In this document: piece by piece, positions 58,488-64,000 of the stretch
Layout: each line of letters starts with the position of its first letter
How positions within the stretch are numbered: position 1 is the first letter of the stretch
Assembly (NCBI GenBank): GCA_946553025.1
Contig: CAMNRM010000022.1
Span: forward strand, 2,726 to 66,725
Reading direction: 5' to 3'
DNA length: 64,000 nucleotides
DNA from: an uncultured Clostridium sp.
Lineage (GTDB): Bacteria; Bacillota; Clostridia; Lachnospirales; Lachnospiraceae
Program-made: the position numbers and the translations under genes
The notes under the pieces: generated by a model
What the model was told of the DNA's origin: nothing
The model's input: only the letters and a program-made list of their open reading frames with translations
Databases searched by the model: none

Positions 58488-58575
58488 CGCTTCCTCCTGT
58501 TCATCTAAAGCGCGTTTTAAAATTGTATTCTGTCCGATGTGCGTCCTGAAAACATGCCGGCTCACCCGGTTAAAC

Positions 58576-59730
58576 TCATCCCCTCCGGTAACGGCGCAGC
58601 ACCGGAAGCAGTTCTTTCAGCACGCCGGCAGCATAGTCAATTTCTTCTCTGGTATTATAAATCCCCAGACTGAAGCGCAGGGTGGAGTCCAAAAGTTCCC
58701 GCTTTACTCCGACGGCTTTTAATGTCCCGCTGATTGCCGGATGATTCGACGAGCAGGCCGAACCGCTGGAAACATAAATCCCTTTATCTTCTAAGGCATG
58801 AAGCAAAACCTCACTGCGCACACCCAAAAAACCTGCACTGACAATCTGCGGTGCACTCTCCAAACCTCTTTTGCTGTGTATTTCCACACCCTCTAAACCC
58901 TCGAGTGCATCCATAAGCGCGTTTTTCAGTTCGAGGATGTGGGAAAGGTTCTCCGGAAAATGATCATAAATCTCCTTTGCCGCAATGCCGATTCCCGCAA
59001 TTCCCGGAACATTCTCTGTTCCCGAGCGCATATCCTTCTGCTGGCCGCCGCCGTAGAGTATCGGCTTAACCTTTGCTTTTTCGCTGATATAAAGAAAACC
59101 TGTGCCTTTAGGCCCGTGAAACTTATGCCCGCTGGCGCTGAGCAAGTCAATCCCCTGCTTTTTCGGGCGGATTTCATACTTCCCGTAAGCCTGAATCCCG
59201 TCCACATGGAAGAGAATGGAAGGGTTTTTCTCCCGAAGGATTTGACTGATTTCCTCGATAGGCTCGACGGCACCGATTTCATTATTCACATACATTACCG
59301 AAACCAGGATGGTATCCGGGCGGATGGACGCTTTTAATTCATCCAGGGAAATATGCCCGTCCTTATCCACCGAAAGCCAGGACACCGAAAAGCCCTGACT
59401 TTCCAGGTAAGCCAACGGCTGATACACCGAAGCATGTTCAATTCGGGTGCTGATGATGTGCTTTCCCGCCCGGCTGTTTGCCATGGCAGCACCGATAAGG
59501 GCCAGGTTATTGGACTCCGTCCCCCCGGAGGTGAAAAAAATCTCCTTTTCCTGCACACGGAGCGTCCGGGCAATATTCGTTCTTGCTTCCTTAATATAAT
59601 GCTCTGCTTCCAGACCTTTTCTGTGTCTGGCGGAAGGGTTCCCGTAGTCTTCCTTCATCACTTTAAGCATAAGCTCTGCCGCGGCATCCATCACCTTCGT
59701 GGTCGCCGAATTATCAAAATACGCCTCCAT
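58576..59730 (-). CDS. iscS: Cysteine desulfurase (IscS/NifZ type)
   Basis: YFDNSATT, SGHKFHGPKG PLP lysine, SSGSACSS. Start moved to MEAYF. Confidence 0.9.
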   Translation of the reverse strand: MEAYFDNSATTKVMDAAAELMLKVMKEDYGNPSARHRKGLEAEHYIKEARTNIARTLRVQEKEIFFTSGGTESNNLALIGAAMANSRAGKHIISTRIEHASVYQPLAYLESQGFSVSWLSVDKDGHISLDELKASIRPDTILVSVMYVNNEIGAVEPIEEISQILREKNPSILFHVDGIQAYGKYEIRPKKQGIDLLSASGHKFHGPKGTGFLYISEKAKVKPILYGGGQQKDMRSGTENVPGIAGIGIAAKEIYDHFPENLSHILELKNALMDALEGLEGVEIHSKRGLESAPQIVSAGFLGVRSEVLLHALEDKGIYVSSGSACSSNHPAISGTLKAVGVKRELLDSTLRFSLGIYNTREEIDYAAGVLKELLPVLRRYRRG

Positions 59731-59749
59731 CTTCGGTTTCTTCCTTTCC

Positions 59750-60514
59750 TTATTTTTGCGGACACATAAAGGTTTCCCCGGCACATTCTAAGTTCATCAT
59801 CAGCACGGACAGCAGGACAAGCCCCGCCGTTTCCGCACGCAAAATCCTTCTTCCCAGGGATACCGGCAAAATCCCGTATTCCCCGGCAAGCTTAACCTCA
59901 TCCGGTGAATATCCGCCTTCGGGGCCGACAAACACGGCAATCGCCTGCCCTGCTTTCACCTTCTGCATCTCCCGCACCGTTCCCTGCATCCCGTCTTCAT
60001 GTTCATAGGCAAAAAAACGCACAGGACAGCTTCCTGCATCGTTAAGGGCCTCTTTCAAGGTGAGCACAGGACCAATCTCCGGGATTTTGCTGCGTTTGGA
60101 CTGCTTGGCCGCACTTTCGGCAATAGCCTGCCACCGCCTGACCCGGCTCTCTTCCTTTTTCTTTTCCAGCTTTACCACGGTATTTTCCGAAGCCACCGGG
60201 ACAATCCGGCTCACCCCAAGTTCCACCGCTTTCTGGATAATCCATTCCATCTTTTCCCCTTTAACCAGACTCTGGTACAGCACCAGGAAAGACGGCAGCT
60301 CCCTGTCCTTTTCCACGCAGAGAATCTCGGCAAGGATTTCCTGCTCATCCAGCGACCGGACAGCGCAGCGGTAGTCCCCCCCCGTACCGTCGCTGATTAA
60401 GATCTCCTCTCCCGGACGGATACGCAGAACCTGACGGGCATGGTGGACATCCGAACCGGTGATCACAATGGTTTTTTCCCCCACCTGGCCCTTTTCAACA
60501 AAAAAATGATGCAT
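59750..60514 (-). CDS. rsmE: 16S rRNA m3U1498 methyltransferase
   Basis: HARQVLR, QKAVELG, VGPEGG, LGRRILRAETA. Confidence 0.93.
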   Translation of the reverse strand: MHHFFVEKGQVGEKTIVITGSDVHHARQVLRIRPGEEILISDGTGGDYRCAVRSLDEQEILAEILCVEKDRELPSFLVLYQSLVKGEKMEWIIQKAVELGVSRIVPVASENTVVKLEKKKEESRVRRWQAIAESAAKQSKRSKIPEIGPVLTLKEALNDAGSCPVRFFAYEHEDGMQGTVREMQKVKAGQAIAVFVGPEGGYSPDEVKLAGEYGILPVSLGRRILRAETAGLVLLSVLMMNLECAGETFMCPQK

Positions 60515-60515
60515 C

Positions 60516-61472
60516 CTATCTCCTTCGGGCAATAATGCTCACCCATTCCCCCTGCCGTGCAATATCCACCAGTTCCAGTTCTTTATTTGAAGCGATGGCC
60601 CTGCGCACATCCTCTTCCTTGGTGTTAATAATCCCGGAAGTGATAAAGATTCCGCCCTTTTTCAGGTGCACCGGGATTTCCTCCTGTAAAAGAATGATGA
60701 CCGGAGCAAGGATATTCGCCACCACAATATCATAGCATCCCGTCCCTGCCCACTCCTGCACGTTTTTATCCTCAATAATATTCCCCTGAATTACCTGAAA
60801 ACGTTCCGGGGCTATCTGGTTGGAGGCCATATTTTCATGCACAGCCGAGATGGCATTCTCATCCAAATCCGTTCCCTTTACTTCCTTCGCGCCTAAAAGC
60901 AGGGCTGCAATACCCAGGATGCCGCTCCCCGTCCCCACATCCAGCACCCGGCTTTCGGGAGTGATGTAGCGCTGAAGCTGACGGATGCAAAGCTGGGTGG
61001 TTTCATGCATCCCCGTTCCAAAAGCGGTTCCCGGGTCAATCTGAATCAGAAGCTTATCCTTATGTTCTTCAGGAATCTCCTCCCAGGTCGGCTTGATTAA
61101 GATATTGTCCACGGTGAAGGGCTTAAAGTACTGCTTCCAGTTATTGATCCAGTCCTTGTCCTCCGTTTCGGAAGCCTCAATGCGCCGTTCCCCCAGGTCC
61201 ACAAACATGGCAAGTTCATCCAGCCCCTCTTCCACCTGGCGCAAAATCGAAGCGACATCGGCATCCTCCTCCAGATAAAAGCTGATGCGGGCCTTCCCCT
61301 CATCCGGCGGAAGTTCCGGAAGAATATCGATAAACATCCCCTTCGTTTCCTTATCCGTCAGCGGAATATTGTCCTCAATTTCTATTCCTTCAATGCCAAT
61401 CTCATCAAACATGCTGCTGATTAAATCTTCGGCGGCTGTAGTTGTAATTAAAGTAAATTTTTTCCATTTCAT
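60516..61472 (-). CDS. prmA: Ribosomal protein L11 methyltransferase
   Basis: DWINNWKQYFKP, IDPGTAFGTG.HETT, DVGTGSGIL, VANI. Confidence 0.95.
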   Translation of the reverse strand: MKWKKFTLITTTAAEDLISSMFDEIGIEGIEIEDNIPLTDKETKGMFIDILPELPPDEGKARISFYLEEDADVASILRQVEEGLDELAMFVDLGERRIEASETEDKDWINNWKQYFKPFTVDNILIKPTWEEIPEEHKDKLLIQIDPGTAFGTGMHETTQLCIRQLQRYITPESRVLDVGTGSGILGIAALLLGAKEVKGTDLDENAISAVHENMASNQIAPERFQVIQGNIIEDKNVQEWAGTGCYDIVVANILAPVIILLQEEIPVHLKKGGIFITSGIINTKEEDVRRAIASNKELELVDIARQGEWVSIIARRR

Positions 61473-61518
61473 AAAACTTCCTCCATTGGTCGATGGCTCC
61501 TGAAATCTTCCTCAGGAA

Positions 61519-61547
61519 ATCATAGCATAGTTTCTTTCAGCTTTCAA
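61519..61547 (-). promoter_or_regulatory. Sigma-A promoter of prmA operon
   Basis: TTGAAA-17-TATGAT with TG extension on the minus strand. Confidence 0.75.
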
Positions 61548-61750
61548 GCGTGTATTCGCAAAGCCTGCTTCCGGCTGCAGTTTACGTTACAGTTCACGGG
61601 GTGCGGTGGGGACATGTTCCGTCGTCACCACGCTCTCGCTCCGCCTACGCCGCCCCATAAACTGTAACGGTTTCTGAAAAAAAGAAAAAAATAAATTTTT
61701 TTAAATTCTTTGCAATAAAATCTTCGCCTGCTGCATTAACCTATTGAACG

Positions 61751-61952
61751 GATGAAGATTCTTTATCGGAGGGAATCCTTTAAGGGCAAAAATAATCAAG
61801 TAAACTAAATTCCTTGATGCATTACAACCCATCACACCCGCCCGAGAAGGTGTTCCTTCGATAAACGATTTTCAGCATCAAAAACTTTTAATGTCATCAT
61901 CAAAAATGGAGTGCGGCAGCATCGGATTACAGATGCGCGGCACTCCATTTTT
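61751..61952 (+). ncRNA. Candidate structured small RNA ending in an intrinsic terminator
   Basis: 22-position stem 61753-61774/61853-61874 (21 pairs, four G.U), three inner hairpins, downstream terminator 61902-61952; no family recognised. Confidence 0.4.
61902..61952. terminator. Bidirectional terminator
   Basis: AAAAATGGAGTGC...GCACTCCATTTTT. Confidence 0.85.
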
Positions 61953-61997
61953 ATGCAAATTTCTCATGGCGGTTCAGGAACATGTTTGAAAATAAAC

Positions 61998-62023
61998 GTT
62001 ACTGTGAACGTGCGAACAGTAAC
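61998..62023. repeat. 26-bp REP-like hairpin repeat (reverse copy) with near-perfect 8-bp flanking duplication
   Basis: GTTACTGTGAACGTGCGAACAGTAAC; flanks AAATAAAC / AAATAAGC. Confidence 0.72.
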
Positions 62024-62042
62024 AAATAAGCTATAATGCTCC

Positions 62043-63629
62043 TTATTCAGGCAGGATTTCCTGGACTTTATGTTCTGTTTCCGTTTCTTCCGTATGCAGG
62101 CAGCGGTCAGGATATTCGGCTTCCCCGCTCTGGTTATCATAAGGGTCGAATCGCCAGGCCTTCACCGGCGGAAGAAAATCGGCCTGAAACTGACAGCACG
62201 AGGGCATACGGTAAGGGTCAAGATTCCCGAAATAAAATCTTCTCCTCTCTTCACATCCCATCCTTGCAGCGCTTCCGCCAAAGGAGCAGTCGGCAAAAAG
62301 CCATCCGTATTCTTCCAGATAAAACATGGCCCAGTCATGGCTTCCCGGGTCGGCCGGCCGGGTGTAAAGTCCGGACTGCCAGCGTGCGGGGATTCCTGCA
62401 ATGCGGCACAGGGTAATAAACGTAAGGGCCTGAAGCCCGCAGTCGCCCTTCCAGCCCGAAGCCGTATAGTCCACGAGTTCGGTAATGGAAAAATAATCGC
62501 GGACAAAGGAATACATCACATGTGTGGTAAGGTAATCATAGATTTTCCTCGCCTTCTCTAAAGGACGGGTTTCCTCTCCCACGATTTCCTCTGCCAATGC
62601 CCTTAAATACGGGATAAAATGAATATGGGGAAGCTGTTCCTGCAGGAAATACTCCGGAAAATCTTCCCTCTCTTCGGGAAACCATCCATGCGGCAGAACT
62701 TTTTCCGGATTTCTCTGCCCGTCCGAAGAATAAAGATCAACATAGGGCATATCCACCTGATAGAGATATTCTATGCGAAAACGGGTATCTTTTTGATACT
62801 TTCCGCAAAAACAAACCGTTCTCTGGGGCGCATGTTCCGGGGCTATCCATGCGGTAAAGCTTTCGTCACTTTTTGCATGTTCTGTGCTTTTTCTGCCGCT
62901 CCTGCCATCGGCTCTGTCACTCCTGCCATCGGCTGTCTTTGTTCTCTCCTCATCCCCGGTACAGATTCCTTCTCCTGTATCCTCCGGGGAAAGACGAAAT
63001 ACCGGGACATCCTTCCAGTTTCCGTCCATCGCAACCTGGGCATGGAGAAGAGCAAAATCCTTTACCTGGGCATATTCTACCGGAACAGGGAGGTAAACCC
63101 GAATCTCTTCTCCTGATCGCTGGGCGCTTTCTTTCAGGCTCATCGTGGTCTGCACACGGAAGCGGCGGGAAATCTTTCCCTCCTCTTTCATCACCGCAAT
63201 AACCTGGTTTAAAAAATCACTGTTTTCCGATTTTTGGGCGGCAAGTTCCGGAAAAAGAAGACGGCTGCACATCCATTCCCGGGTTTTTATCAAGTTGCTG
63301 AAAAAAAGGTGATGAAAGCAAACCCTGCCCTGAATATAAATCCATTCCATGGCGTCTTCTTCCCAGAGATCCTGAAATTCTTCCCTGGAAAAGTCCCGGA
63401 TATTTTCTGCCATCACCGCAAAAGCTTCATCCCAGGAGTAGGGATACTGCCCGGGAAGGCGGCGGATAATCTCAAGTTCAGCCAGAAGCCTTTCCTTTAA
63501 CGCCTGAGGAATGTCCCTGCTCAAACGCTTTTGTATCACGCGCTCCATCACCGGAAAATCACCGTACCACTTCAGTTTCTTCAGATCCTCCGGCAGAGGT
63601 GCCATCAATGTTTTTTCTGTAAACTTCAT
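62043..63629 (-). CDS. Transglutaminase-like domain protein
   Basis: KGDCGLQAL catalytic Cys, HDWAMFY His, WLFADCS Asp. Start moved to MKFTEK (63629). Confidence 0.85.
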   Translation of the reverse strand: MKFTEKTLMAPLPEDLKKLKWYGDFPVMERVIQKRLSRDIPQALKERLLAELEIIRRLPGQYPYSWDEAFAVMAENIRDFSREEFQDLWEEDAMEWIYIQGRVCFHHLFFSNLIKTREWMCSRLLFPELAAQKSENSDFLNQVIAVMKEEGKISRRFRVQTTMSLKESAQRSGEEIRVYLPVPVEYAQVKDFALLHAQVAMDGNWKDVPVFRLSPEDTGEGICTGDEERTKTADGRSDRADGRSGRKSTEHAKSDESFTAWIAPEHAPQRTVCFCGKYQKDTRFRIEYLYQVDMPYVDLYSSDGQRNPEKVLPHGWFPEEREDFPEYFLQEQLPHIHFIPYLRALAEEIVGEETRPLEKARKIYDYLTTHVMYSFVRDYFSITELVDYTASGWKGDCGLQALTFITLCRIAGIPARWQSGLYTRPADPGSHDWAMFYLEEYGWLFADCSFGGSAARMGCEERRRFYFGNLDPYRMPSCCQFQADFLPPVKAWRFDPYDNQSGEAEYPDRCLHTEETETEHKVQEILPE

Positions 63630-64000
63630 GTTCAAATTCCCTCCTGGTTTTTTCCTGGTATTCCCCTGCCTTCCGAAGCAGAGGAGCAATCTGGCGGATT
63701 AAGTCAAAAAACTGCTGCATCTCCTTCTGGTCAAAACAGCCTAAATCTTTTTTTAATTTTTCCTGAACCATCGTTCTTTCCCAACTGACAAATGCTGTAC
63801 CTTCTTCTGTTAAGCGAATCATCACCAGCTTCCGGTTTTCTTTGCTGTGCAGCCGCTCGATAAATCCGGCATCCACTAAAGCCGCGACCAGCCGGGTTGC
63901 CTGCTCCTTCGAGCATCCAAGACTGGTAGCCGCCTGACTCATCGTCATGCTCTTTTTCCCCGACAGCACAATCAGCAAATAAATCTGATACTTCGTAAAG
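63559..64000 (-). CDS. MarR-family transcriptional regulator (5' end beyond the window)
   Basis: MTMSQAATSLGCSKEQATRLVAALVDAGFIER...NRKLVMIRLTEEG; the frame stays open to the window edge. Confidence 0.8.
   Translation of the reverse strand, partial: FTKYQIYLLIVLSGKKSMTMSQAATSLGCSKEQATRLVAALVDAGFIERLHSKENRKLVMIRLTEEGTAFVSWERTMVQEKLKKDLGCFDQKEMQQFFDLIRQIAPLLRKAGEYQEKTRREFEHEVYRKNIDGTSAGGSEETEVVR

Noticed and set aside
61760-61866. SAM-I riboswitch
   Set aside because: TTATC...GATAA, GAGGGA, CAACC and AAGGTG words are present, but the P2 kink-turn/pseudoknot order is missing and no downstream gene lies on that strand.
1-64000. tRNA, rRNA, tmRNA, prophage or full IS/transposase
   Set aside because: No cloverleaf/CCA, rRNA-like tracts, phage structural genes or DDE/HUH transposase ORFs were recognised.

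Overview
Firmicute (Clostridia, Lachnospiraceae-like; inferred from gene content and protein style) chromosomal window, coded almost entirely on the minus strand. From left to right it contains six blocks. (1) The front half of a type-1 BREX locus (brxA-brxB-brxC-pglX). pglX is cleanly split into two separately translated ORFs with a HEPN-motif gene between them, followed by a DUF2130 gene; a serine resolvase and an XRE regulator lie upstream. (2) fbp, a DUF4867 gene and an Rpn-like nuclease. (3) A sortase-dependent pilus locus (giant LPxTG adhesin, major pilin, class C sortase, anchor pilin) headed by a SARP/BTAD regulator. The regulator's consensus sigma-A promoter lies between two inverted 30-bp 12-6-12 recombination-type sites, i.e. 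a probable invertible phase-variation switch. (4) A deoC-rbsKDACB sugar operon with its LacI regulator, a Uma2 nuclease, a 132-bp MITE and a purine nucleoside phosphorylase. (5) A DUF262 / AAA-DUF3696 / RelE-like three-gene module resembling the Menshen defence system. (6) A long housekeeping run (ptsH, queH, glyQS, recO, era, M16 peptidase, U32, trmR, rnj, ruvX, ireB, mtaB, thiI, iscS, rsmE, prmA), then a candidate structured ncRNA, a transglutaminase and a partial MarR gene. No rRNA, tRNA or CRISPR array was seen. All product calls come from motif recognition by eye, not from database searches.
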